Positions 13,620-28,062 of a stretch of DNA of 64,000 nt are shown here, piece by piece (position 1 is the stretch's first letter; each line of letters opens with the position of its first letter). A program made the translations under genes and the position numbers. The notes under the pieces are model-generated. The model was not told the DNA's origin and searched no databases. It was given only the letters and a program-made list of their open reading frames with translations. The stretch covers positions 29,078,001 to 29,142,000 of the forward strand of contig NC_088803.1 in assembly GCF_011386835.1 (NCBI RefSeq). The letters are read 5' to 3'. The DNA is from Chrysemys picta bellii (lineage: Eukaryota).

Positions 13620-14290
13620 AGAAAGAGAACAGAGGCTTAGGCAGAGTGTAGGACATAATCAGATTATGTGGAAATAGCATTTGAGATTCCGAAACCACGT
13701 TAGCACTGTGATATTGGTGGTGTTATGGGGGTTATCTATACCAGCAAATATAGGCCCCATAATTCAGCAATGTAGGAGGTTGCAGAGCAGGTTAGAGGAT
13801 ATGATGGTAAAATTTTATTTAGGCTGGAAACACTTTATACAGTGCCTAGCAATATCAGTTGGGGCTTCTGTGCTACCATACTGCAAATACATAAAAATAG
13901 CCAAGTTCTCTCTACACGTCAGCCTCCACCATTGCCGATGCTGGTAGAGGAGCCTTGGTGCAGAATTCTGGGTCTTAATTTTCTTATGGTAGACAATGCC
14001 TGAAGAAGACAGGTAGCATAGTAGAGCCTTGCTGGAGAAGAGAAGACTGAACGTGAAGTGGAACAAAGTATAAACAATTGATGGAATTAAGGGGGAGGGG
14101 TGATGAGTAGCAGGATAGGTAGACCTTATTTATTTTATAGCTGTGGTGTTTTTTGAATGGACTGGACGGGATAGGTGAGTACCAGGAAAATGAGTGTAGT
14201 AGTCAGGATTCACATGTGGGTTTTAGCAGTAGAAACAATGTCAAAGTATTTTACAGAGGTTAGGAGGAAAAAGTGTGGAGTGTGACAGAA
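13620..14290 (-). mobile_element. Possible ancient L2-like LINE 3' relic
   Basis: Minus-strand RLYYATCLL...QNSAPRLL resembles the L2 ORF2 C-terminal RLDYCNSLL...QNAAARL motif; very degraded. Confidence 0.35.
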
Positions 14291-15229
14291 CAATGCCGAA
14301 AAGATCAGGCCTCTAACGCACACACCATCACAAAGGGAATTCTCCCTCCTTATGGGAGGAAGGCCAGCAGTCCAAAGCAAAGTTAGAGAATCAAGTATTA
14401 AAATATATATGTAGGCAAAACACCCAAGCAGACTCTTTCAGGTATGGGTATACAGAGTTTGGTAAATTTAAACTTAAAGGTCTACAGATGCCCTAGTCAA
14501 GCTATAGCTTCCACATATTCCTCTGAGAAAGTAATAGTGGGATAGGGTTTTCCTCCCACTCGTAAAAGACTGGGAAAGTATCAAGTTGTCATTCTCGGTT
14601 GCTGTGGGTTACCATGCCCTAATGTCCAGGTTATTGTTCCTAGATTCTGTAGCAGGTTACAGTGCCTGTCCACTTCCTCCCCTCTAGCAAGTGGCTTTGG
14701 AGGGTAGGGAGGGATAGCAACACAAATGGGAAAGAACCAGCAGGTAGTAAGGGTCTCTTGACCCACTCTTTATTTATCTCTGTCCTCTCTCCTCCTCCTC
14801 CCCCCCTCCCCTCCATTCATAAGGCCAGAAGGTTCCTTAACGTGCACCAGTCAAAATTTATCCTGGTGTCACTACTTGAGATAAATGTGCCTATTTTTCT
14901 GGTGGTCAGGGACTCATAGTTTCTAACTGGGAGAGATTTTTATCTGAAAGAGTGGCCACCTAACTATATCGACCTTCACAGGTAGCCAAGTAAAGGCAGG
15001 CATAGTTTTCATGATTGAAAGAGGGGACTGAGACGATCAGGGGACGTTAGGTAACCATATTAAATACATAAATATAACGTTGGTGGACAGTATTCAAGTA
15101 TGGCCCCTCTCAACCTAAAAAGAAAAAAAAATTGAAATGGCCTAAGGGCTTCTCCCTGAGTTAGAGGGAGGAGTAGGGGCACGCAGATAGCTTTCCTTGT
15201 TATCCTATTAATGGAATTAATAGAATCAG

Positions 15230-17810
15230 GCCCCCTACAGAGGAAACAAGGCCTTTATTCCAAACTGGGCCTAGTCTCCTTCCCTACCTCCTCCCCCCAT
15301 CTCCCCAAAACTAAAAAATTTCAGAAGGCCATAGGACAGTTTTTGACCCTAAATATCTCAATAGATCAAGGAAGAAATCAAAATTCAATATGGAGATCTT
15401 GAAATCCGTATTGGCCACCATCAGCAAAGGGAACTTCATGAAGAATGCCTCTCTCAGAGCTCAATTACAGTTTCACAGAGGCACCTATGTTTTGTTTTTG
15501 AAGCACAACACTACTAGTACAGGTCCTTGTCCTTTGGTTTAGCAACAGCCCAGAAGTATGTTTACCTCACCTGTTTACAAAAGTGCTGGTAGTGTTAATA
15601 GCAGCTCTCAGCCAGGAGAGGATCGATTTAAATGTCTTCCTCTTCCTGGTCAAATTCCTTATCTGAGCCTTATCCAAAACTAGGGTTATGGATAGCACCA
15701 CCCTGACAATAAGGATGCTGCAGACTGAGTCAGTTAACATAGTCTCAGCAGATTCCCCGTCATAGAGTGGAGACAGACAATGTCCTCCACAAAGTTTTTG
15801 TGTTGCAGGAAAGATGGAGGAAGCTGAGGAGTCTTATCAAAACCATCAACCACTCAAGGGATGTATCCATTCGTACACTTCAATGGTTTCTTGAAAAGAC
15901 ATTCTTAGTGGGCCAGTGCTCACATGAGGCCACTACAGAGCTTCCTCTTATATCTCCCTGAACTATCTCTTACCTTCACTGAGGGATGTCTGTCTCGCAA
16001 ATCCCGCTGGAGAGAAAGTAATTCAGATGGTGAATGAGTCCAAGCAAATTCAAGTTGGGCTTCCCAATAGAACAGTTACCACCACAGATGCAGGCCTGCA
16101 GAGATGGGGTGCTCATGCGAGATCAAGATATGTGGTCCAAATAAAAGAATGAGCACAGTATAAACTGGTGAAAGCTCATGGCAATCCAATATGGTGTCAA
16201 ATCTCTGCTCCCATATCTGGACTCCCTCCTGTGCTCATCATAACAGGCAACACCTCACCCATTCATACATCAACAGATATAGCAGAACAAGGACTACTGC
16301 CGGTCAAAGAGAAGCTTATCTCTTGATGACTTGGAGAGGAGAGAATCTGCAGCCAATTCACTCCCTTCTCATCCAAGGGAAAAAGAATCATATGGCCAAC
16401 TGGCTCAGCATGCAGAAATTAGATAATTTAGAATTGGATGTATACCCAGAGGCATTTCATCTCCTGGTGATAGAATTTGATCTTCTAGCAACAGATCTGT
16501 TTGCCTCCCACTTAAATCACAAGGTTTCTGTGTCTTCTCTTCTTGGCCTCCCCTCCCCTCTCCTGATCATCTGTAGCATTTTTGTGAGATGCAGCACTGG
16601 TAGTTCTGATAGCCCTGTATGGGGCAAGGAGGCTTTGGTTCTCAGACCTCCTCAACACGGCATGGAAACCTCCCATACTTTTTCCATCTGGATGGGATCT
16701 GATATTACAAGGGCCAATCATGTATCTGAATCCAGACAGTCTAAGCCTAGCTGCCTGGCTCTTGAATGGAGATTCTTAAGTCAAAAAGGTTGTCCATGAC
16801 TGGTAAAATGCACACTTTTATTTTCTGGAAAGAAACCTAACTCAATGAATTCAAGAGCATGGTTGAGCTCTATCCCTTGCTGCCAGGACAAGGGGTCTCA
16901 CCCCTACATGATGTGTCTCCATCGATTCTCTTCAGGATGGACTTAGGTGAGTCCTTGCAGTTCCGAAATTCAAACCTCAAGGTGCTGCTTTGTCTAGCAT
17001 CCTTAGTGCAGTAGGCAGGTAGTAGATTTCATCTTACCCAGGTGCCCAAACTTTTTTTTTTTATTTGAGAGCAGCATCTCTTCTACATCCTCTTGAAGAG
17101 GAGCACAGAGTTATTTCATGGGATTTTAACCTGGTTCTCAGTGCCAATTGAGGCCCTCCATTTGAGCCACTCATGAAGGTGTCTCATTACTTTCTAGCCA
17201 TTAAGGTAGCCTTTTTGATAGCAACCATGTCAGTTCACGGGGTACCTGATTTGGGAGTTCTTTTCCTGGAAACTCAATACTGCGCCTTCCATAAAGATAA
17301 AGTAGTACTCAGAACTGACCCTGCCCTTTATTCCCAAAGAGTGATTCCAGGGTCATAAAACACAAGAAATTATCCTTCCATCCTTCTGCCCAGCTCCATC
17401 TCACCCCAAAGAGAAACTGTGGTATACTTTGAGAACTCTGTGGATGTTCCAAGTAACATATCCACTGCACAGCTCAGTTCAGAAAGGCAAATGCTTTTGT
17501 TTATTGCTTTATCATCTGGTGTCAAAAGGGAAAGAAGGCTTCAAAATCTTTCATTTCCAGGTGGCTAAACTATTGTATATCAGAAGCACGCAGAGCAAAA
17601 AGCATAACTTCATCTTCCAAAACCGAGCTCACTCCCTCATAGCTATGGCAAGTTTATGGTCAAAAAGATCATATGCCTCATATGAGGAAATCTGTAAAGC
17701 AGCCAGCTGCTCATCTGTTCATACCTTCTCCAAATTCTACAAGCTGGAAATCCAGTCATCGTCTGATGCTGCCTTTTGGTAGACGGGTGCTCCTTGCTGT
17801 AATATCCCAG
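15230..17810 (+). mobile_element. DIRS-type retrotransposon internal relic (RT, RNase H, tyrosine recombinase)
   Basis: RT-like FNMEILKSVLATISKGNFM; RNase H IQGKKNHMANWLS...TDLFASHLNHK; YR WDFNLVLS...PFEPL...KVAFLIA and AHSLIAMASLW...EICKAASCSSVHTF. May extend further upstream. Confidence 0.8.
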
Positions 17811-18678
17811 TGACTGTTAGGAAAGGGTTACCCTCTTTGACATCACATAACCGATGTGTTTATATGTATGTGTTAAATACATACATATAACACATGTATA
17901 TCGTTCCTCCCTCCTCAGCCTGAGTGTACGCTACTATGAAAATCCCAGTGTCGTAGATCTTAGATTTCACTACAAATAAGCATAGAAAAATGTATCCATG
18001 CCTTACCTGAAAATTTCCTTTCTTAAAATAATGAGGTCCACAGATTAAACCCACCCTGAATGGGCAGTAAATTGAGGAAAGATATGGGATTATTAATTGG
18101 CACTCAACTTTGTTGTTCATTGATCTGTGGGAAGATTGTTCTATTTAATCTTAATGCTTAATTTTCCTTGCTGATATAGAGTGGTTAGGCATTTCCTAGG
18201 CTTATAGAAGTGTCTCAGCTGGCAGTTTCACAGAGATAGTCACATCTCCCCTGCCATTGGTTGAGAGGTTTGTTCTGCCTCCAGGGCTGCATAGAGCAAA
18301 GACCCCCAAATGCATGGATCTGTGGACCTCATTACTCCAAGAAAGGAAATATTTGGTAAGGCACAGATAAATTTTCCTATTGGCAGCACATTGTGAGAGA
18401 AACTTTCGGTGCTGCACCTGTTCTGTGGTAAACTTTTGTCTCCAGTGTTGTTAATCTAGCACTTTTCATGAACCACTAGATTTATTCAGTTTTTGTGTAA
18501 GCTTTAAAAAGTGGATTTCCTTTGTTTTGCTCTAAACAGGCTTTTGGGGAGGGAGAGGGGAACAGGTGAGAGTGAACAGGTAAATTGCTTGCTACATTCT
18601 ATGATTGCATTCAAGTTGCTTTAGACATCATGGCAGATTCTGTAGTGACCATTTATATTCTACAGGGGGAATTACTTA

Positions 18679-18976
18679 GGGCTAGTCTACACTACCCGCC
18701 TGGATCGGTGGGTAGAAATTGATCTCTCAGGGATCGATTTATTGCGTCTCATCTAGACAGATAAATTGATCCCCGAATTGACGCGCTTGCTCCCACCTCC
18801 TCAGGAGGAGTAAGCACTGTCGACGGGGGAGCCGCGGCGGTTGATTTTGCCGCCGTCCTCACAGCGGGGTAAGTCGAATAGGATACGCCGAATTCAGCTA
18901 CGCTATTCGTGTAGCTGAATTTGCGTATCTTAAATCGCCCCCCCACACACACACACCCTGTAGTGTAGACCTAGCC
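18679..18976. mobile_element. Harbinger/PIF-type MITE
   Basis: TIRs gggctagtctacacta / tagtgtagacctagcc, with TTA on both sides. Confidence 0.88.
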
Positions 18977-19912
18977 TTAGGGACTAAACTTGAGACCCAT
19001 ACTTCAAGGCCAGAAAGTTTAGAATGCTGTGAAAGTAATACACTCTCTCTGCTTCTGGGAGTTTTGGGGGAGTGCATTTAGGGTTAAGTGTATAGCACTG
19101 TCATATCCAAGAGAAGACCCCTTCATGAAGGTGCCCACTATTACTCAGAAAGGGATTCTCTTGGTAACTTTATTTCATTTTGTAGCCAAAAGCATGGTAG
19201 TGCAAAATACTATATCAGTTTATGACAACCACTTTTCATAGAGTCCCAGTTCCTTTCACTTTCATCACAGCAGTGTGGGCTAAATATGTGACAATTTAGA
19301 CCTTTGCATTTTCACAGCAGTGCACATTGGGACATAAATCACTTGAAATCTAGTCAACTTTTCAAAATATTAAAAGTAGTTTTGAGTACTAACAGTCTCC
19401 TGCAGGCCCCTTGCCAATGTTAGTGTTTTACAAGGGCTTTGTTCTCTGAAGAAATATTCTCTCCCCTCTTGCTATATGAAAAGTTCACAGAGGACCATGC
19501 AAGGTAATCAGTAAAACTGAACCTACATGAAGTTAAAAAAAAAAAAAAAGTGAAATAAAAGAAATATTTTTCTCTAATATTTTGGTTATAGCAATTTTAG
19601 GTGTTAATTGTAATAGTTAATAGTCAATTTTCACACAAGCATGATTAAGTTGATGCTATGCCTCCTATACTCAGAAACAATCTTAACTTTCTGACCCAAG
19701 CATGAACAGTTTTAGTAACCATTTTGACTTCTCTTTATCTTTGGTATCTTGCTTTCCCGTCATCCACATAACAAGAAAATTAATGCATTTTAAGCTGTTA
19801 TAATGTTTATTAATCTTTGAAGTTTGGTGTATCAGTTAAATATTACCAATTTTATTTTCAATATCCTTTGTTTTTTAAATGAAGGCTGATGTGTATCACA
19901 GTTTAGTTGTGA

Positions 19913-20215
<303 letters not shown>

Positions 20216-21296
20216 TAATGTGACAATTTAAACAATATATCTAAAGTATAATTGCTCTTTTTTTTCTACTGATGGTATTTCAGAGCTTTCTCTTGAAGTT
20301 TATTTCATTCTGGCTGATCATGCAGTGTAGTCTTACTTATAATACACTGTTTTTATAGTGATATTACAAACATGGTATTTTACACCTCATTGGTGTGGAG
20401 TAAGAGGTGGAATGTGGGAGTGAAAAATCAAACTGAAGATTAGATAATAATAATAAAAAAAAAAAACAGCCACGGAAGATAATTATTTTAAAGTTAAACG
20501 CTGTCTGAGTCGTGTTCCTGGCACTAGACACATAAATATGCATGTGAAGGGTGTTTTTTGCTTGCTTGCTTAAATTGGTGAGATGCTATATCATTTCACA
20601 AGACTCAGATGTCTTATGTAGCTGAATATGTGCACCTTCTACGTTGTTTGGAAAGAGAAGCACATTGAATACTGTTACAGGAGCCCTCCTCTGAGAATCC
20701 ACATTACTATTGCACATACCTTTGCATTGGCTTCATTTTGTTCTGGCCTTCCAAAGAATAGTTTGTTTTGGTTCTTTCAACTGTCTGTACTGTAATTGCA
20801 GGACTTTTTGGTATCCATGTAACAGTGCAGAACAGGCCAGTGCCCTGATAGCTGTGTTATTCCACTGCTAAAGTCGGAAGAAAGTTAACCTAGGGACTCT
20901 TGCTGTATTTAACATCAGATATTCTGTTGTGATATTGCAAAGATATTTATCCGGAACTGTGTTCCATTGTGACTAGATGCAGTGGCTCAGCCTGTAAAAG
21001 TAAATTCCCTTCCTTCTGTAGATGCAAGAGAGAAAAGCTTCATGTTTTAAATGTAAATTTTTTCAATGACTGGATAAATATTCTTGTCTGTATATAAAAC
21101 TTGTATATGCACTTCATGAGGAATATTATGAATTCTGGTTCTTAAAGGTGTTTTGGAGGTCAGCTCTGAGAGGTGTGGTCCAGTAGTCTAAACACAAAAC
21201 AGCCAGAAACTCCAGAATTCTGACCCCTGTTCTAATACTGGTTCTCTCTGTGTTCAAGCCACTTCACTGTTCTGCTTAAGTCTCCCCATCTTTAAA

Positions 21297-21674
21297 AAGA
21301 ACAGGAGTACTTGTGGCACCTTAGAGACTAACAAATTTATTAGAGCATAAGTTTTCGTGGACTACAGCCCACTTCTTCGGATGCATATAGAATGGAACAT
21401 ATATTGAGGAGATATATATACACACATACAGAGAGCATGAACAGGTGGGAGTTGTCTTACCAACTCTGAGAGGCCAATTAAGTAAGAAAAAAAAAAACTT
21501 TTGAAGTGATAATCAAGCTAGCCCAGTACAGACAGGTTCCATTCTATATGCATCCGAAGAAGTGGGCTGTAGTCCACGAAAGCTTATGCTCTAATAAATT
21601 TGTTAGTCTCTAAGGTGCCACAAGTACTCCTGTTCTTTTTGCGGATACAGACTAACACGGCTGCTACTCTGAAA
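21297..21674 (+). mobile_element. Penelope-like element remnant with inverted pseudo-LTRs, inserted in a MIR-like SINE
   Basis: 105-nt inverted arms (21294-21398 and 21536-21640) with one mismatch; 3' end gcggatacagactaacacggctgctactctgaaa; 12-bp TSD cccatctttaaa. Confidence 0.88.
21550..21589 (+). ncRNA. Minimal type I hammerhead ribozyme-like motif (Penelope type)
   Basis: GCAT-CCGAAGA-A-GTGGGC(TGTA)GTCCAC-GAAA-GC-TT-ATGC. Stem I is GCAT/ATGC, stem II is 6 bp, and stem III contains the palindrome AAGCTT. The core reads CCGA rather than CUGA. Confidence 0.6.
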
Positions 21675-21833
21675 CCCATCTTTAAAGGAATAATACCTAT
21701 TTACAGGAGGTTTGGGAGGACTGTTTGCAAAAAGCATGAATATTATTAACATTATTCCTGTGGGGATTCAGAGCTATTCTATTTATAATCCTTTCCTGTA
21801 GATTTATAATAATTTCTTTAATAAAATGTAATA

Positions 21834-22027
21834 CACCACTACCTCGATATAACGCAACCCGATATAACATGAATTCGGGTATAATGTGGTAAAGCAGTGC
21901 TCCCGGGAGAGGGCGAGCCTGCGCACTCTGGTGGATCAAAGCAAGTTCAATATGACGCGGTTTTACCTATAACGCGGTAAGATTTTTTTTTGGCTCCCGA
22001 GGACAGTGTTATATCGAGGTAGAGGTA
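21834..22027. mobile_element. pogo/Tigger-type (Tc1-mariner) MITE
   Basis: TIRs caccactacctcgatataac / gttatatcgaggtagaggta, with TA on both sides; second copy at 32677. Confidence 0.8.
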
Positions 22028-22038
22028 TAATATGTTAA

Positions 22039-22236
<198 letters not shown>

Positions 22237-23802
22237 TAAATAGGGTATGTAGTCTCTGCTTATCTAAAGCTGTTTACTGGAAGATAGTACAACATTTTAT
22301 TTATAATAATTACTTACAGCGCTTATATTGCACTCGTGTAAAGACTGAACTCTTCCATTAACCTTTCTGTTTCTTTTGAAGTTTGAATTTGATCCATAAA
22401 ATAATTGAATAAAAGGAGTGATGGGACTTCAAAATATTTTTTCAAGATTCATTCCAATATTCAGTCTGACTTTCCTTTCTTTGTGTCATCTGTTTCATTC
22501 AGTTTTCTGAATTCTTTGTTCTTTGTTTCATTTTTTTAAAGCTGAACAGATTATTACGGACTCATAGCCAAGTGTGCTAGTTACTTTATTATGCAGCTAG
22601 TGTCTGCATGTTTATAGAATTTCATTAAATGGAATGTTTTTTTCCTAGGTACTAACCATTTAGGCACTTTGGGTTTCTTATTTCCTCCCAAAGCTTTTTA
22701 TTTATGTGTGGATTATAAAGTCAGCTGTTTGGGTGTCTGGAGTTGCCCTTTTCTTGTCATTTAACTATTTTATCCATGTATGCCTTTCCCTATGGTTCTC
22801 CTTTTTTTATTATTTTTTTTTAATGGGTCTCAAAGAATGAGCAGCTGACACAGTACTTTGAGTTGGAGCTGCTGTGTACTGCATAGAGACTTCAGATGGA
22901 CTCTGCCCTCAGCATCTGATAACAATCTGCAGTTTAACTGCATTAACCATGACCTTTTTTAAACTCTGCTCTTTGAACTAACAGCATATTCCAGTGTTCA
23001 GATGAGCACTTTCAAGTATGCTCTTTCTACCAGAACATAATCAAGAAGCTTGAATAGTGATATCAGTGTAGCAATATTCGTACTATGACCTAAACTGCCT
23101 TAATATAATTCTGAGGAGACACCACTGTGGGCAGTAGTCACACATCTTAAATTTTCACAGTCCCATTTTTGAAAGTACTTTTACATAGTTCGCTCAGCTC
23201 TTCAAGAAGGAGCCCCAAATATATTATAATGAAGGTTTTGCACATCTTTTGGTCCCTACCTCTAACACAAGGCCACCTCCATGTGTTTTACTTTCATCCT
23301 AAATTCTGTGTGTTTGTTCAGTACATAGTACCCTGGAGTCCTGGTCCAGGACTGGGGCTCCTAGATATTAGTGCAGTACCAATAATACTGGGCACCTGTT
23401 TTCTGGACCATGCTACCTTATCTCACAATCCCAAACTACCTTCCATGATGTCAAAATACGCCTATCCAGCTGTCAAAACCACCAGCTTTCCTAACTGACG
23501 TAGTCTTCAACGTAGTTGTACATCATCAATACGTAAATCTGTGGCATTTACAAATAGAGGAGTAATGCAAAATAATCTGAATTTAATAGCAAAATACAAG
23601 GAATACTGTAATGACTGAATTATTCACTTTCATATTTAATTTCTAATCATACTTTTTCTTTTAATTTACCTAAAGGGTATACAGTGCTGCAGTACACAGG
23701 GTGTGGCCTTTTGGATTCTGCAGACAGAGACAACTTTTAAATATTTATATAATTGTACATTACAGTTATTGTAGTCTTGTTTAAAAGTCTTTCAGTTTCT
23801 AA

Positions 23803-24045
23803 GGGCTTGTCTACACCATGGGGTAATGCTGACTACAGGGGTATGATTTCTAAAGCATACTAACATACTGGGTATTAATTGGTCTGTGTAGACCTTGCTG
23901 GTTTCAAACAGTACGATGTTAAAGAGCACTAGAGAACCTTTAGTGGACACCAGTAGGGTCTATGTGGACCAATTAATGTGCAGTAAATTGCGCTTTAGAA
24001 ATCATAACCCCATAGTCTGCCTTACCCCACTGTGTAGACAAGCCC
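23803..24045. mobile_element. Harbinger/PIF-type MITE
   Basis: Perfect 14-bp TIR gggcttgtctacac / gtgtagacaagccc, TAA TSD on both sides, internally palindromic. Confidence 0.9.
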
Positions 24046-26349
24046 TAAATCAAACCGAGTACTTCAAAATAAAGTCTCTGATTATTCAAAATGAGCTGCT
24101 GTTAATGAAGGATCTATAATATTTAATGCTTTACTGCTTGCTAAAAAGCCAGAAGAGGGAGCACAAATTGCATTCCCAATGTTTTGCTGACCTCTTCAGT
24201 GGCAAATAGCTTAATACAATATTTTTAAGATTAAAAACCTTAAAGAATAAGAGCAGCATTTGCAGTTACACTAGAATAAAAATAAGGATTCTCAGCACTG
24301 ATGGTTGAGAGCATAAGATAAAAATTTCTTCTGTAAAGCAGGAATGGGGGCATTATGAAAGGTTTATCCTTTCCTCAGAAGAGTTCAATATTGGTTGCTG
24401 TCGGAGATGATGCACCAGACTAGGTGGATCATTGGCAATTGCAAGTATGGCAATTCATATGATGCTGTTACTGCAAAACCACAAGGAGGTGAACAATAAA
24501 TGTCATATGAATTTCAAGTATCATTTAAATATCATAAGAAATCCGAGAGAGAACTAGCCTTTTACGTTTACTTACTACTTCTGAAGACTTCTGTGCTCAA
24601 ACCTGACTCCTTGGTCACAAGTGAAAATAAGTTTGGTTTTTTGGTATCATCCCTTCCCCTATTTATCATGTTATCACATACCTTGCCCTGGTGGGAATTT
24701 CTTCTAAAGAAAGGACAAGGACTGGAATTGCATGGGATTTGCAGTGCATGGTTTAGGTATGTTGATAGAATTAGGCAGGAAAACTTGCACAGCCTCTTTG
24801 TATACTACATTTGGTTTGAGCTTGTGCTTCTAGTTTCTCCCTTTCCTGAGCACTAAATTCACTCACTAAGTTAAAAAAAAATGTATGTTTGTAAATGGAA
24901 AGAGGAAAAATTAGGTAGGGAAATTAATTTTTATTTTCAGACTCCTAGGAACAATATCAGAAACAGCATAAAGCCTGAAGTACCAGCATAAATGACTAAG
25001 CTTGATACTGGGCAACTATGAAGTAAAATGTTCAAAAATTGTATCTGTACTGCCAACACTGGTATTTAATATGTTGTTTTAAGAGTTGGAGGTTAGCAGA
25101 ATTTTTGATGCTTTTTTAAAATGTGGGTCTGCCCTAATAGACTCTGTAAAATGACACCACCTTATTCTGCAGATCTACTTCCTATGTGTATTTAGATTCA
25201 GATCTTCTCATTTTTGTGATGAAATAAATTCTCTATTTTTTTTTACTCCTTTAATCCTACAGAACCTATACAGCTACAATTAAGTGAGCTGAAATCTCTT
25301 CCAACTTATGCTTCATCAGTGGAACTGTTAAGTTCCAAACAGTTACACCAATGTCAGTAGTAAAATGGACTTCACAAGTGTTAAATTTTATTGCTATATA
25401 AGCTGGATAGCCCAGTCTCAGTTTGCAGGGCTAGCGGTCAAAAAAAAAATCATTATACTTTTTAAGTGGAGCATGTTTGGTACAGTAAGTAAACATGAAG
25501 CCCATGATACCACTTGAGTCCTTTATCAGAGTTAGGTCTTCACTGTACAAACATTATCTGTATCATAGCATGGGAATAGATCTGCGAAAACAGTCTTCTA
25601 ATGTCAAGTCCACCTTGATTAACTTGGTGACTCTAAACTCTTTATATAGGGCTGTATAAAACTATGACTTAGCTGGCTCATTCTATCAAAGTAATGAGAC
25701 TAATGGTGAGTTCTTAATTCTGAAAGAGATTTCTGCTTTCCTAAGAAAAGTTAGAGACTAGATTTAGAACAATGAAGACAAGAGGAAACAATAGGTCTCA
25801 ACACTTCTTGAGATTTCATGCATTCCTTTTCCTAACTCAGCAAAAAATACATTTAAAATAGGTGCGATTGACATTAATTTTCCTCCTTGTTTTTGGCAGC
25901 TATTCCTTCCGGTTATTGCTCCGTACTCGTTTGTGCTCTTCTTCACAGCTGTACCTTGGTCATGTGTGAAATGGATTAATTGAAATGGATTCCTTGATAG
26001 AGAATCTTCATTATAGTTTTCATTTAGGTTCCTTTTTTCTTCAAATTAGAGTAAACAAACTTTGCTTTAATGTTCTTCATAGAGACAATGTATTAACTAT
26101 TCAATCTTTTTAGACAAGTCAAGTATAAAATCAAGGATTCTTTCCAATGTTTTAGAAAGTCACCTCATGTTATTGGCAGACTTCAGCTATCCTATTCTTA
26201 AAGGCTTGCTGGGAGGAGAAAGAAGGAAACAAATATCTAACGTGCTTTACTACGTTTAAAGAATCTCATTAATCAATCAAGACCTCTAACTTTAAAAAAA
26301 AATGTTTTATAAATGAAAATGCATAGTATCTTTGTCTTCTACTTACTGT

Positions 26350-26510
26350 TGTAACCCAGGTTTACAGACTGTGGTGCTCTGTCCCCCTCTAGTAGGTGGA
26401 CCATGCATATAGATTTTTGAATGCACTAAAGGTTTTGAGCTAACAGACCCAGGTCTTTTATCTCAGGCAGTGGAGGCTCAGGTCCCAGGTTTGACTTTCC
26501 ACCCACTCCC
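26350..26510. repeat. Degraded repeat with tRNA-like A/B boxes (SINE- or LTR-type)
   Basis: Starts tgtaac and contains tctcaggcagtgg...ggtttgact (Pol III box-like). A related sequence appears inverted near 7090-7220. Confidence 0.35.
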
Positions 26511-27067
26511 CATAGGCATCAAGATACACTATTATTTTGGCTCTTTCCTTGAATAAAAGCTCCCCCCTCTACTGATCCTGCAAGAAAAATAGTCGTCCTC
26601 TGCTTATCTCCCAATCCATAGACCTACAGATGACTTAAGAAGTTACACATTCAGTGTTATAACTTCACTGCAGGATCAAATAGGAAGAGCCAGGCTGTAG
26701 AGGAGCAAACATTTGTTTAAAATACAGATATTCCTGGAAACTAACAAGATAAAAACAAAAATATGAAGGGCTATTTTTTTGAGAGGGGGGAAAAGTAACC
26801 AATACATTCTTATTATGCACTCTAAGGGAATAGATATATATGTAGTTGTGGGAAGTACTTGCAATATTCTATATATAAAGTCATGTTTTTTCTGTTCTTG
26901 GAATTACAATTGCTTGCTTGCTTGATCTGATTAAATTAATATATTACCTTACATATGTGCTTATTTCTACCTAGATTTTTTTTATATTGTCCCCATCATA
27001 ATGATATCTGAGCATATGGTTAACTTCATATTCCTCTGTGGAAACCAGACGTAGGCTAATGTGCAAT

Positions 27068-27305
27068 TCATAGAATCATAGAATATCAGGGTTGGAAGGG
27101 ATCTCAGGAGGTCATCTAGTCCAACCCCCTTCTCAAAGCAGGACCAATCCCCCTAAATCATCCCAGCCAGGGCTTTGTCAAGCCTGACCATAAAAACCTC
27201 TAAGGAAGGAGATTCCACCACCTCCCTAGGTAACCTATTCCAGTGCTTCACCACCCTCCTAATTAAAAAGTTTTTCCTAATATCCAACCTAAACCTCCCC
27301 CAACT
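27068..27305 (-). mobile_element. CR1 LINE 3' end
   Basis: tcatagaatcatagaat (reverse of the ATTCTATG tail) followed by typical CR1 3'UTR/ORF2-end sequence. Confidence 0.9.
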
Positions 27306-28062
27306 CACAGTACCACAAGTGCTGTGTTTTGGGGCCAGATTTGTACATGGCAGTTGAATGAGGAGCTACAAGGAACTCTGGAGTTTAGGCTGATATGCTA
27401 CAGTTCTGTTTGAGGCCACCAGGAACTGCTGTTTTGCTTGGAGAGTAGCCAACTGCTAAAGCTGCCAACGGTTCCTCTGTTCTCGCTGAATAACCTACAG
27501 AGTGATGGGGAAAGGGCCCAGTTTAAGAGAGTACCAGAGAGCTGGCCCAGCAAAAACAACCCCACACCTGTTGTCACCAAGGGAGGAATCCATGAAGCAG
27601 AGGAAGGAAAAATTCCAGAAAGGCAGCTTTCTTTCTGCTGTCTTATCCTGCCACCTGGAGAGCAGGGAGAGAAGGACATTTAAAAATAGCTCTCTACAAG
27701 GTGGAGTTTGGCAGTGGAAGGTTGCTTGAGTCTGTCATGGGGATAGGAAACAAAAGTGATTGATCATGATTGATGAGCTTGTGTGGTTGGCAATATCACA
27801 CAATAGCTGAATAATGTTCGGAATCTGTGTTGTTATACCTTTGAGGGGAAAGAATGTATTAATGCTCTTTTCTTGTGCTCCTCAGTAATAATAGCTTAAA
27901 ATGTGACTGGTACATAGATTTGTGTGAAAGAAGCTTTCACAAATAGGGAGGTGCTCTTCAATTAACCTCAACATTAGAAATGAATCTGAGCACTGAAGTC
28001 TATTTTCTACCTTGAAGTCTACACTAAATAAGTTCATTGTCTTTCTTTTTCTGGTATTTAAG

